Assembly (NCBI GenBank): GCA_043228905.1
Contig: JBHGNT010000002.1
Coordinates: forward strand, 496,001-560,000
DNA: 64,000 bases
Direction of reading: 5' to 3'
Source of the DNA: Azolla caroliniana
Taxonomy: Eukaryota; Plantae; Polypodiophyta
Positions within the stretch are counted from its first letter, which is position 1, and every line of letters starts with the position of its first letter. Of the stretch, positions 27,201-39,414 are shown one piece after another. Both the position numbers and the translations under genes were made by a program. The notes beneath the pieces are model-generated. The model was not told the origin of the DNA. It made no database searches and was given only the letters and a program-made list of their open reading frames with translations.

Positions 27201-29427
27201 GCAGGAGGTTCCCTCTGTGGAGTGTCCACCCTCCTGATGAGAAACCAGCACGGATGCCAGCTTCATCAAGTTTTCCGACTGAGATCAAGGGTCGTGAGAG
27301 CTCAGGAACGTGTCGGACGTTGTGTAGTACGAGTGTAGAGCCACTCGGAAGGTTGAGCTCTACGGTGCCGATTCCGATGATAGCACAGTGCTGCGAATTT
27401 CCGACCCGAACTAAGTCGGAGTGCCGATCTGAATATTGCCGAAACTGTGATCGGTGAGGTGTCACGTGATACGACGCGCCCGAGTCCAGAAGCCATGTGC
27501 TCGATTCCTCAGTCGTAAGCAGAACTTCTAATTCGATTGGATTCTCTATGGACAATATGTTCGGGTCAGTTGTCAATATCTCGGCTGATGGGACGACGTA
27601 GTTGACTTCCTCATGCCGGTTACTCCTCTGATTAGCTCTCTGAGTACCGGACAGTCGGCCTTGATGTGTCCCGGTTTCTTGCAGTAGTTGCAGATTCAGG
27701 TTTCCCGGGACTTGTTGCGGCTTCGCTGATTTGTCGACGATCGGGAAGAGCTTCTTCCCCGGTTGTTCGATCGGTCGGTCAAACCTTGTACTACATAGGC
27801 TTCTTCTGCCGAGTCTTTGGTGAAAGACTTTCTCCGAACTGCTTTAGTCAGGATTGCACTTGTGACTTCGGAGTACTTGATGGCAGTCGTAGAAGCGTTG
27901 CACACAGTTGTAACGAAGGTTTCCCAAGAGGACGAGAGACTGCTCATGAGTATCATTGCTCTGAGTTCATCCTTGATTGTTGTCCCCTGTGACGAGATTT
28001 GGGAGCTCAAACTTTCGTACTCGTTAAGGTGTGCCTGAACCGAATCAGAGTCTTTTATCCGCAAGTTGTAGAGGCGCCGGATCAAATACATCTTCGTTGA
28101 GGCGACCTTCTTTTCATAGGTTTCCGACAGCTTCTTCCAAAGTTCGAAGGCTGTCGTGCACGATTGCACTGTGAAGTACACTGATTCCGACAGGTGCATC
28201 CGAATCGTGGCGCAGACGATTCTGTCCAGCTTCTGCCACTCATTTGCCTTGTATATTTCTGGAGCAGTTTCATTCTCAATCGGATTGATCTGACCCTTGA
28301 CTATAAGATAGTCCTGCATTTGCTCCTTCCAAAAATCGAAGTTCGAACCGTCGAACCTCCTTAGACTCATTTTCGATGAGCCGGATGTTGATGCCATCAA
28401 ATTCGGTTCGGTTGACGAAGCTCAGTTCGGAGTTGATTGCGAACCTTGTTGGAGTGCAGCCGATCGGCTCACCCGATATCGTTCTAGTCAGATTTGAACC
28501 CGAGTCGGTTCGGCTTCGGATATATGTATTGTTGAACTTGCTCGGATTGACTCCGGTAACTTGAGGGACAGAACCGACTGGTCTTCCCGAATGTTGCCGA
28601 GTCGGAGTGAGCCCGGTTCACTTCCAAATATATATGCGAAATACCGATTATTGAAACCGATTGTCTGGACCGATTTTGCTTCGGGTGACTGCAGCGACGA
28701 GAGAGATGGATCCAATTGATCCTCCCGAATGTCGATCAGCCAGATGAAGCACGAATTGGGGTTGTTGTCTTGAGACCGATCTGCACCGAGTGGTTACAAC
28801 GGGCGGCGGGTAGCGTTCGATGACCTGTTCGGATGCCGTTTAACCGAGTGGAGCACGATCGTGTCAATGTTGCACAAGGGGATCTCACCTCAAGCGGTTA
28901 CGATCACAAGGAACAAAGTACAGCCGGCTGGCTTACTCCAAGTGAAGATGATCTAACGCGATGAGATGCAAGCCTCGTTTTTCTTCTTCTTCTCTCTTCT
29001 CTGTTTCTTCAAATACAAGCAAAAAAACAGAATGTTGTGATCCAAAGATTCGAATGGCGGCCGGGAGCGGATGAAGGACATCCAAGCTCTGATACCAAAT
29101 GTAGGAAATGAACAAAGCCGTCAGTGCGGAAGAGATCACACAGTATGAATCTGTGAGGAAGAAATACCTATGTATGAGAGAGGCAAGAACAAATTACGGA
29201 CAGGGAGAGAGAGAGAGAGACACACACACACACAAAGCATATATCTATATTCATAAAGGGGCAACCGTTACAACAATGAACAACCAACCTTACAAAAGGT
29301 TACAAAGTCACTTTATATAGTGACTCACATAGGGCAACTGCCCTTTATGTTATATACAGAAATAACCCGAACTTGAGCTCTCTAAGAGGATAGTGTGAAT
29401 ACGTCCATTATACATTTGTATTCGACA
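24202..29427 (-). mobile_element. Inner Ty1/copia LTR retrotransposon nested in antisense orientation
   Basis: Near-identical LTRs at 24202-24517 and 29100-29427 (TG...CA). PBS TGGTATCAGAGC (tRNA-iMet type) at 29097-29086, PPT at 24526-24518. TSD GGCTA at 24197-24201 and 29428-29432. Confidence 0.96.
24712..28400 (-). pseudogene. Frameshifted gag-pol of the inner copia (Tnt1-like)
   Basis: Gag (FDGSNFDFWKEQMQDYL), protease (WLLDSGASYH), GAG-pre-integrase (LWHGRLGH..CEHC), partial integrase, RT (QLDVKTTFLHG; IYVDDML) and RNase H (YTDSDFA; SKHIEVRYHFVRD), split over five frames. Confidence 0.93.
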
Positions 29428-32380
29428 GGCTACTCTCATGAACAAAAGGGGTATAAGTGTTATAACCCCCCGACTAAACAAGTATGAGTAAGTCGAGATG
29501 TTGAGTTTGATGAGTTGGCATCATGGTACTCCCTACCGACTCCAACTCCCGACGAAGACCCGATTCCGAAAGATGAGGCTAGTGAGCCCGAGGAGGTCCA
29601 GGAAGAAGATAAAAACTTCGGTACTCTAGATGAGAGTCCGATCTCATTACGGCCAAGTGGGCCGAATGAGCAACTGAGTCGGAATGACCAGTCCGATGAA
29701 GAACAAGCGAGTAGTGGAGATTCTGTCGTGCTCTCCCCGTGCAAGGAACCGAGGAGACGGTTCACACGCAAGGAAAAGGGGAAGAAGAAGATGTCAGAAT
29801 ACGAAATCGGCACCGATGAGTCGGATCGGAGCGAATCCGACTCTGGAAAGGAAGAAGGTGGATCTTCAAAAAGGAAGTCTGAACTGGCCAAGAAGGGCCT
29901 CAAACTGGCTAATGAAAAGTTACGTCGGTCAATCCGTCAAAAGAAAATCGTCATGAGGTACGGGTACAATGAATACATGGCGCATCTCTATGCGTACATG
30001 ACTAAGGTGGTGGAAGTGCGTGAGCTGGAGAGCTACGCAGAAGCGGCGAAGGAGACAAATTGGCGTGCCGCTATGGAAGAAGAAATGCAGGCACTCGATG
30101 CCAACGACTCTTGTGACTTGGTTGACCCTCCCGACACTGTAAACCGATCGGTTGCAAGTGGGTGTACAAGGTAAAATACAACGCCAATAGTTCATTCAAT
30201 TGGTGGTCCGGTACAAAGCTCGGTTAGTGACGAAGGGATACGTACAGACACACGGAATTGACTACAACGAGACCTTCGCTCCGGCAGCGAAGATGACGAC
30301 GGTTCGTGTGGTACTGGCTGTTGATGCGGCAAGGGGATGGCATCTTCATCAAATGGACGTGATGAATGCATTTATGATCCAACCCCTAGGTTTCCAATTA
30401 GACATGAACAAGTCGGTAGTGTGCCGACTCAAGAAGTCGCTTTACGGTCTGAAGCAACCCCCCAAGCTTGGAATGCGAAGGTCACGCACTGGTTGTGTAA
30501 GATGGGGTTTGCGGCCTCAAAGTTTGACTCTTCATTGTTCATCCGGCAAGGTCTAGACGGTCCGGTCTATATTCTGCTATATGTTGATGATTTAGTCATC
30601 GCCGAACCTAGACAGGATGAAATCGGCAGAGTGAAGTCCCAACTGTTGGACACATTTGAAATAAAGGACCTAGGGAACCTTCATTATTTTCTTGCGATTG
30701 AGTTGATCCGGACCCCCGACAACATATTGCTCTCACAATGCCATTATTTGTTGAATATGTTGTACAAGTTCGGCATGACGGATGTCGACCAATCTCTACA
30801 CCCCTGGACCAGAACCTGAAGTTGTGTCCTGACTTCGGACTAGCCTACAATGAGAAACGGTTCTGACAAATTGTCGGAAGCCTCATATACTTGACAATCA
30901 CTCGACCTGACATCATTTACCCGATTAGAGTGATCAACTAGTTCATGCAGAAGCCAACCGTTGAGCACCTTCAGTGCGCACACCGGATACTCCGGTATGT
31001 TAACGACGTTATACAAATACGGTATTGCTAGGAAGTTAGTCGGATATACCAATGCTGATTGCGCTGGTGATGCATCGGATCACCGATCCACCTCCGGTTA
31101 TATGATTTCTCTTGGTAGCTCGGCTGTTGTGTGAAGCAGCAAAAAGCATCCAACAGTGGCTCTGTCAAGCACTAAGGCTGAATACCGGGGCGCTACCATT
31201 GCCACTTCTGAAGCCATCTGCCTTTGACGATTGTTGCGAGACCTCCGAATCGAGGTGCCAACCCCGATCCTGATTTACTATGACAACATAAGCAGCATAC
31301 AACTCGCCAAGAATCTTGTATTCCATGCTCGATCAAAGCACATAGAAGTGCATTATCACTTTGTTTGCGAGCGGGTCCTAAGCAGTGAAGTTGAACTTCG
31401 TTATGGTCACACGGATCGGTAGGTTGCCAACATCTTCACCAACTCACTCGGATCGGACAAGTTGCAGCATTTTTCGGAAATGCTCGGCATTCAGCATCAC
31501 AACGTGCCGCACTTGAGGGGGAGAATAGGAACGGAAATGAATGGCACTGGACAAGGAGCTGGAGAGGAAGAAAGAACCAAGGGGGGAGATAAACAGAAAA
31601 ATGAAGTCAAGCAAGCGTCAACGACGGTAGAGTCAAGAAGGACAGAGCCGATCAGAAGAAGGCCAAGACCCGGACGTGGTTCGATGTGGTGAAGGGCCTA
31701 AAAACGGAAGACAAGTTGGAGACTACCAACTCGGACAAGAGCTGGAACAAATCAGAAGAAGCCAGATAAACTAAAGGCCAACCGAATGAGGAGGCAGCGG
31801 AAGTCGACACCGACACGGAGGAACAAATGGATCGACAAGCGCCGGAGTCATAATAGCGAAGGAGCAGAAATGGGCCTATTAAGCAGACACGTCGATCAAG
31901 GAGGTCGACGTGCGCAGTATCGGACGGGTCACGAGAACCGGACTGGACGAGGAGCGCGAGCAAGGCGGGGGGACATCAGAAGGAGCTAGAGGAAAGGACC
32001 GGCTACTGCAGACACTGACACCACGATCCGACTTCAAGTTGAGCTTGAGGGGGAGTGTTGAGTGAGCAAGCTCAACCGGATCCGGATCGGTATCCAGATC
32101 TGAGAACCGGATCGGCGTCTGGATGATATCTGGAACCAGGAGCCAAATCGGATTAAAACCGGTAGGCCATTAGAGGCCTACGGATCCAGCCTAATACGTA
32201 GGCATATTTTTGGGAGTCAGTGATTGTCGCTCATGTGAGCATTGAAGTACCTGTCAGTACTTCTGTCAGTCCTTTATAGACTTGTATAAAAGTGCTCTCT
32301 GATCGCATTCTATGTGAAGAATATTGAAAGTATTATTTTAAATAGAGTTTTTTATGTTCAACTCTCTCTCTCTCTCTCTC

Positions 32381-35300
32381 TAACATCACCAACTCTAGTC
32401 AACCACGCCATGACATCACAATACATTTCACACATGAGCTCTCTGACATAAATGCTCGACATGTTCAAGCCCATCTCTCCTCCCTTGATCCCTCCCTACC
32501 TTTAGAGAGCCTTAGTACGAAACTCACACACATCCTTCACTCTGCAACAGTTAGAAGTTTCCCATACACGAAACACTCCAATCAAGGTAAAGTAGGATCT
32601 ATGCCACAAAATAGATGGTATGATGAGGATTGTAGGTGCTTACATCGACAACTTACAATATCGCAACTCAGTGGTAGTATTACCTCAGTACAAGCTCGTA
32701 AAGAAATGCGCAAGATGACACGTCGTAAGAGACGAGCATGGGAGGCATCCCAATATTAGGAACTCTACCACATGCTCATGAGTAGCGATTGTGCCACTGC
32801 ATGGAAGAGATTACGGGAACCAAGACCACAAACACCCATCGAAGATCCCGAAACTTGGCACACTTATACAAAGAGACTTTACCAAATCCCAAACCAACCA
32901 CCCATTCCAATGCCTTCTACACCCCGACCTACTGTGGGAACACTCTTCACGACCTCTAGGGTCACGAAGGTCATAAAGAAATTACAACATAGGAAGTCCA
33001 TGGACCACACAGGATTGCGAACAGAACACATCATATACGCGAGAGAGTGCCTAGCTCCCTTGCTAACTCTAATCTTCCATCGTGCCCTCGTAGAGGGTTT
33101 TCCACCACAATGGACCATGAACACAGTGGCCCCCATACATAAAGGGGGGGACCCCATGGACCCAAATACTTATAGGACCATTATGATAGGTCATACCCTT
33201 GCTAAATTATATGGTGTAGTAATGGAGGCAGAGCTTAGCGAGTATATGGAGACCTTAAATCTTCGTGCACCTGAATAGGCTGGCTTTAGACGAGACTTCT
33301 CCACTATTGACCATATCTTCACACTTAGATGGTTAATTGACCAGACTAAGGCTCGCAAGAAGAAACTATATTGTTGTTTTGTGGACTTCTGCAAAGCCTT
33401 TGACACGGTCCCTAGAGAGCGGTTGTTGGATAGGCTTAAGAGCTTGAGGATACTAGATGACATGGTTTGGGCCATCTACGCACTATATGAATAAGTGTCC
33501 GGGTGTGTTCGATGCCCAGGCGGCATATCCGATAGTTTCACTAGCACTATTGGTGTAAAACAAGGTTGCCCCTTATCTCCGACTCTTATTGGGATCTACA
33601 TTGATGAGATCACAGATTTTATTGCTCGTAAGGGAGGCAATGGAGTAGTCCTTGGGGATACGCAGGAGCGTATCTTGCTCTATGCAGACGATATAGTTTT
33701 GCTCTCTGAATCCGAACACGACCTACAAAGGCACCTTAATGCCTTAGATGACTTTTGCACACAACGAGGATTGGTAGTGAATCTAGGGAAAACTAAAGTC
33801 CTTATCTTCCACACGTCGGCCCAAGTTAGAGCTAAGTGTCACCTAACTATCTCCCATAGCCCAGTTGAGGTGGTTGGATCATATGTCTATCTCAGAGTCA
33901 CTTTCAGTGCCCGCTCAAGTAAATTTTCGATGACACAAGCAGCGAAGGATAGACTTACAAGAGGACATGCATCCCTCTCACTCCTTGAGAGACAATGCCA
34001 CCAAGCATACTTCCAAGAGCCACGAACTAAAGGGTGGCTCTTTGACTCATTAGTGACTCCCTCTCTCATGTATGCATCAGCGGTTTGGGCCCCAGGACTA
34101 TCATCTTTCATTTGGACGCAATTAGAGAGACCATTGGTGATGATGTTATCACGCCAACTCCGAAGCAAATCGTCGGTCCCACATGACATTATTAGGGCTG
34201 AGTTCACTCTACCCCCTATGGTAATAGAAGCACTTTTTCAAATGGTAGTCTTTATACACAAGATACATAACCAACCACTTCATAGAATATCCCACCAAGC
34301 CTTTAAGGCTTCTCGAGCACTGTATGAGTCCGGCTATACTAGCTCATGGTATGGCATGATGGTGAGTTGGCTTCTTGCCAACGATCTAGACATTAATAAC
34401 CTCCCCCCCCTTAAGTACGACCACAGGACTGATAACACTTTAATCTCTCATGAGAACTGTAATAAAGTAATACGCCAAGAAATATGGCAAATTTATACTC
34501 GGTATAAATGGATCACCCCAATAGAGCCACTCCCATCTAAAATGTTGTACTATAAGGAACACTTTATGCACTTCTCTGAGTTAGGTTTTATCACGCGCCC
34601 AAAATATCTAGATGTATTCTTACCACATGCACTAAGGGTTGCCATTGGTCAACTTAGAATATCATCTCACCAACTTGAGATTGAGAATGGATGTACTAAT
34701 GGAGTCCCTAGGGAGGAAAGGATATGTGGGTTATGCCACATAGAGATAGAGGATGAGTACCATTTTACATGCAAATGTCCCACCTATGCCGAGATAAGGG
34801 CAAAATACCAAGACATACTTGGTTCCTCTCCCACCCTCCCTAAACTATTAGATACACTAAATATAAAGAAATTAGGTAGATACATCTTAGAATTGAAACA
34901 ACACAGAGAGAATAAATTACAAAACGTGGATAATAATGTTGCTAATGTTTACCAACATATAACAAATGAAGTTTTTCAGGAATAGGGGGAGACAATGAAT
35001 GTCGACACACCTGCACCACCCAGACTTTTCCTTGATGAAGCAGAAAATCAAAGAAGAACCAAACACCCTCGAATGTTAGGTTTCAAAGCAACTCAACGAG
35101 ATGTAGAAGCAATAAAGAAAATAAGGGAACGTGAACTACATCGCCTAGAAGCCATGGCTAGGGCACTCTATGCATCGGGTCCATGGGTCACACCCACACC
35201 AAAAACTTTTGACCTCCCACTTCTTTTTGAGAGACTTGGGTGAAAATGAGATTAGGCTTAGTGCAAAGTTTTGTACACTACTAGAACTTTCTTAGCTTAA

Positions 35301-35421
35301 GTTATTTTCTTTTATTTTAGTTTTGATGATTGGATAAACACTCATTTTTGTTGTAACCCAATTGTCTCATGGGCCAAATTTGGCCTTAGAAGACGTTAAT
35401 ATATCTTTCTTTCTTTCTTTC
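32381..35421 (+). mobile_element. LINE copy 1: 5'-truncated, ORF2 with premature stops, (CTTT)n tail
   Basis: Co-linear and highly similar to 36801-39846. It has in-frame stops (e.g. TAG ~32757, ~33276, TAA ~33492) and ends gaagacgttaatatatctttctttctttc. Confidence 0.95.
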
Positions 35422-35919
35422 ATTCACATAGAGTTAGCAAAAACGGGTTGGGTAGATGTCGTTAAAAGAAACATTAAAAAAGAAATAAAGGATGAAAATA
35501 TTGTTAATACCACCCTCGAAGAGGAGAAAATGCGTCAGGCCCGACGCCTAAATGTGCGTGTCACTGGGCTCAAGGAAGGTGCATCTCCGGACGAGGATGC
35601 ACAAACACTCGGGAAAATGTTAGGGTACACAACGACCCTACCTATCACCAAAGCTTGGAGGGCCGGACGCGACACAACTAGGAAGAGAGCCTTAGTTCTT
35701 CAATTTAAAGACTTAGACTCTAGAATCACTTTCTTTAAGAAGAGACCAATTCTTCGAGGATTGGGTGGGGACCCTATCTATCTCGATGAAGACCTCACCA
35801 AGATGCAAATTGAGCATCGCAAGAGTTGTATGCCAAAGGTTATGCAAGCTCGCAAAGACGGGCATCGCGCCTTTTATCGAGATGGGCGAGTGATCATAAA
35901 TGATCGCACTACTAATTGA
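35422..35919 (+). CDS. LINE ORF1, C-terminal part (5'-truncated)
   Basis: RRLNVRVTGLKE...RALVLQF...IYLDEDLTK..R...AFYRDGRVIIND is the typical L1/CR1-type ORF1 RRM/CTD signature. The first ~20 codons of the track ORF come from the 3' UTR of copy 1. Confidence 0.85.
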   Translation: MHIELAKTGWVDVVKRNIKKEIKDENIVNTTLEEEKMRQARRLNVRVTGLKEGASPDEDAQTLGKMLGYTTTLPITKAWRAGRDTTRKRALVLQFKDLDSRITFFKKRPILRGLGGDPIYLDEDLTKMQIEHRKSCMPKVMQARKDGHRAFYRDGRVIINDRTTN

Positions 35920-35955
35920 CGGCGTGTGGCCCATGTGACAGAAAACACACTTAGG

Positions 35956-38900
35956 ATGACCTTATGGAATTGTAACGGCGCACTCTGGACACACCCCGGC
36001 CGCCTAGAGGGGATATTAAAGGAATCAGATATAGTTTGCCTAGTAGAAACACACCAAAGCCCAAATAGGGGACTCCCACGAGTCGAAGGATTTCGTTGGG
36101 AGTCGGCTTTTAGACAATCCTCACGTCGATGCACTACCAGGGGATCTGGAGGTGTCGCAATATTGTTTCGGAGGGAGCTACATAATAGGATAGAAATACT
36201 GAGCACAGACCCAGAAGCTCGTTTTATGTGGGTGAAAGTCTCCACAAGCAAGGACAAGGCAGTAATTTTCGCCATTTGTTACTTCCCCCCAAAAGGCTCT
36301 CGTTATAATCTGGCTGGCGAGGCGAGATTAGTTGATAACGGAGTGCCACATGGGCCTTCCCCATATGAACCTCTATCGGATGACATAATCCGATATTCTT
36401 CCCAAGGCGAAGTATTCCTTGTAGGAGACTTTAATGCGAGAACCCAATCCCGACAATGCACAATATTTCAAATGAATAGAAACCTAGAAATGGTAAATGT
36501 CGATCCTTCAGACATAGACACCACACGTAGATCAAAGGATCAAGGTGCAGACGCCACGAGCTTTGGCCATCATTTGCTCGAACTCGGTAGTCGGCACCAG
36601 ATGGTCATATATAATGGTTTAGCCAAGTGGCCAAGTTCGGAAGAGCTCACATGTTTCCCACATGGAGGAGGGGAAAGCACAGTCGATTATCTAATAGGAC
36701 GCCCTGAAGCCACCCACATGATTAACTCCTTCCGAGTGGCCCCATGTCCTATTGGCGCGGACCATAGTTTCTTATACTTCGAGATAAAATGCGATATCTC
36801 TAACGTCACCAACTCTAGTCACCCACGCCATGACATCACAATACATTTCACACATGAGCTCTCTGACATATATGCTCGACATGTTCAAGCCCATCTCTCC
36901 TCCCTTGATCCCTCCCTACCTTTAGAGAGCCTTAATACGAAACTCACACACATCCTTCATTCTGCAGCGGTTAGCAGCTTCCCATACACGAAACACTCCA
37001 ATCAAGGTAAAGTAGGATCTATGCCACAAAATAGATGGTATGATGAGGATTGTAGGTGCTTACATCGACAACTTACAATATCGCAACTCAGTGGTAGTAT
37101 TACCTCAGTACAAGCTCGTAAAGAAATGCGCAAGATGACACGTTGTAAGAGACGAGCATGGGAGGCATCCCAATATTGGGAACTCTACCACATGCTCATG
37201 AGTAACGATTGTGCCACTGCATGGAAGAGATTACGGGAACCAAGACCACAAACACCCATCGAAGATCCCGAAACTTGGCACACTTATACAGAGAGACTTT
37301 ACCACATCCCAAACCAACCACCCATTCCAATGCCTTCCACACCCCGACCTACTGTGGGGACACTCTTCACGACCTCTAGGGTCACGAAGGTCATAAAGAA
37401 ATTACAACATAGGAAGTCCATGGACCACACAGGATTGCGAGCAGAACACATCATATACGCGAGAGAGTGCCTCGCTCCCTTACTAACTCTAATCTTCAAT
37501 CGTGCCCTTGCAGAGGGTTTTCCATCACAATGGACCATGAACACAGTGGCCCCCATACATAAAGGGGGGGACCCCATGGACCCAAATACTTATAGGACCA
37601 TTATGATAGGTCATACCCTTGCTAAATTATATGGTGTAGTAATGGAGGCAGAGCTTAGCGAGTATATGGAGACCTTAAATCTTCGTGCACCTGAACATGC
37701 CGGCTTTAGACGAGCCTTCTCCACTATTGACCATATCTTCACACTTAGATGGTTAATTGACCAGACTAAGGCTCGCAAGAAGAAACTATATTGTTGTTTT
37801 GTGGACTTCCGCAAAGCCTTTGACACGGTCCCTAGAGAGCGGTTGTTTGATAGGCTTAAGAGCTTGAGGATACCAGATGACATGGTTTGGGCCATCTACG
37901 CACTATATGAACAAGTGTCCGGGTGTGTTCGATGCCCAGGCGGCATATCCGATAGTTTCACTAGCACTATTGGTGTAAAACAAGGTTGCCCCTTATCTCC
38001 GACTCTTTTTGGGATCTACATTGATGAGATCACAGATTTTATTGCTCGTAAGGGAGGCAATGGAGTAGTCCTTGGAGATACGCAGGTGCGTATCTTGCTC
38101 TATGCAGATGACATAGTTTTGCTCTCTGAATCCGAACACGACCTACAAAGGCACCTTAATGCCTTAGATGACTTTTGCACACAACGAGGATTGGTAGTGA
38201 ATCTAGGGAAAACTAAAGTCCTTATCTTCCACACGTCGGCCCAAGTTAGAGCTAAGTGTCACCTAACTATCTCCCATAGCCCAGTTGAGGTGGTTGGATC
38301 ATATGTCTATCTCAGAGTCACTTTCAGTGCCCGCTCAAGTAAATTTTCGATGACACAAGCAGCGAAGGATAGACTTACAAGAGGACATGCATCCCTCTCA
38401 CTCCTCGAGAGACAATGCCACCAAGCATACTTCCAAGAGCCACGAACTAAAGGGTGGCTCTTTGACTCATTAGTGACTCCCTCTCTCATGTATGCATCAG
38501 CGGTTTGGGCCCCAGGACTACCATCTTTCATGTGGACGCAATTAGAGAGACCATTGGTGATGATGTTATCACGCCAACTCCGAAGCAAATCGTCGGGTCC
38601 ACATGACATTATTAGGGCTGAGTTCACTCTACCCCCTATGTTAGTAGAAGCACTTTTTCAACTGGTAGTCTTTATACACAAGATACATAACCAACCACTT
38701 GATAGAATATCCCACCAAGCCTTTAAGGCTTCTCGAGCATTGTATGAGTCCGGCTATACTAGCTCATGGTATGGCATGATGGTGAGTTGGCTTCTTGCCA
38801 ACGGTCTAGACATTACTAACCTCCCCCCCCTTAAGTACGACCACACGAATGATAACACTTTACTCTCTCATGAGGACCGTAATAAAGTAATACGCCAAGA

Positions 38901-39405
38901 AATATGGCAAATTTATACCCGGTATAAATGGATCACCCCACTAGAGCCACTCCCATCTAAAATGTCGTACTATAAGGAACACTTTATGCACTTCTCTGAG
39001 TTAGGTTTTATCACGCGCCCAAAATATCTAGATGTATTCTTACCACATGCACTAAGGGTTGCCATTGGTCAACTTAGAATATCATCTCACCAACTTGAGA
39101 TTGAGAATGGACGTACTAATGGAGTCCCTAGGGAGGAAAGGATATGTAGGTTATGCCACATAGAGATAGAGGATGAGTACCATTTTACATGCAAATGTCC
39201 CACCTATGCCGAGATAAGGGCAAAATACCAAGACATACTTGGTTCCTCTCCCACCCTCCCTAAACTATTAGATACACTAGATATAAAGAAATTAGGTAGA
39301 TACATCTTAGAATTGAAACACCACAAAGAGAACAAATTACAAAACGTTGATAATAATGTTGCTAATGTTTACCAACATATAACAAATGAAGTTTTTCAGG
39401 AATAG
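35956..39405 (+). CDS. LINE ORF2: APE endonuclease, reverse transcriptase and C-terminal CCHC zinc finger
   Basis: WNCNG, LVETH, GDFNART, TVDYL, ADH (APE); FVDFRKAFDTV, GVKQGCPLSPTLF, LLYADD (RT); LRISSHQLEIE...CRLC..EDEYHFTCKC. First ATG at 35956; the frame is open from 35920. Confidence 0.95.
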   Translation: MTLWNCNGALWTHPGRLEGILKESDIVCLVETHQSPNRGLPRVEGFRWESAFRQSSRRCTTRGSGGVAILFRRELHNRIEILSTDPEARFMWVKVSTSKDKAVIFAICYFPPKGSRYNLAGEARLVDNGVPHGPSPYEPLSDDIIRYSSQGEVFLVGDFNARTQSRQCTIFQMNRNLEMVNVDPSDIDTTRRSKDQGADATSFGHHLLELGSRHQMVIYNGLAKWPSSEELTCFPHGGGESTVDYLIGRPEATHMINSFRVAPCPIGADHSFLYFEIKCDISNVTNSSHPRHDITIHFTHELSDIYARHVQAHLSSLDPSLPLESLNTKLTHILHSAAVSSFPYTKHSNQGKVGSMPQNRWYDEDCRCLHRQLTISQLSGSITSVQARKEMRKMTRCKRRAWEASQYWELYHMLMSNDCATAWKRLREPRPQTPIEDPETWHTYTERLYHIPNQPPIPMPSTPRPTVGTLFTTSRVTKVIKKLQHRKSMDHTGLRAEHIIYARECLAPLLTLIFNRALAEGFPSQWTMNTVAPIHKGGDPMDPNTYRTIMIGHTLAKLYGVVMEAELSEYMETLNLRAPEHAGFRRAFSTIDHIFTLRWLIDQTKARKKKLYCCFVDFRKAFDTVPRERLFDRLKSLRIPDDMVWAIYALYEQVSGCVRCPGGISDSFTSTIGVKQGCPLSPTLFGIYIDEITDFIARKGGNGVVLGDTQVRILLYADDIVLLSESEHDLQRHLNALDDFCTQRGLVVNLGKTKVLIFHTSAQVRAKCHLTISHSPVEVVGSYVYLRVTFSARSSKFSMTQAAKDRLTRGHASLSLLERQCHQAYFQEPRTKGWLFDSLVTPSLMYASAVWAPGLPSFMWTQLERPLVMMLSRQLRSKSSGPHDIIRAEFTLPPMLVEALFQLVVFIHKIHNQPLDRISHQAFKASRALYESGYTSSWYGMMVSWLLANGLDITNLPPLKYDHTNDNTLLSHEDRNKVIRQEIWQIYTRYKWITPLEPLPSKMSYYKEHFMHFSELGFITRPKYLDVFLPHALRVAIGQLRISSHQLEIENGRTNGVPREERICRLCHIEIEDEYHFTCKCPTYAEIRAKYQDILGSSPTLPKLLDTLDIKKLGRYILELKHHKENKLQNVDNNVANVYQHITNEVFQE

Positions 39406-39414
39406 GGGGAGACA

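Larger units (their letters stand above)
23134..31520 (+). pseudogene. Disrupted gag-pol of the outer copia
   Basis: Gag (NYASWSYKMHQYLLGHGYW; RKLQLRQELNNIQQ), integrase (TPQQNDVAERKN; KKLDTKSEKCILVGY, interrupted at 24202-29427), RT ([12 protein letters not shown]; LYVDDL) and RNase H (HARSKHIEVHYHF). It has several stops and frameshifts. Confidence 0.92.
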
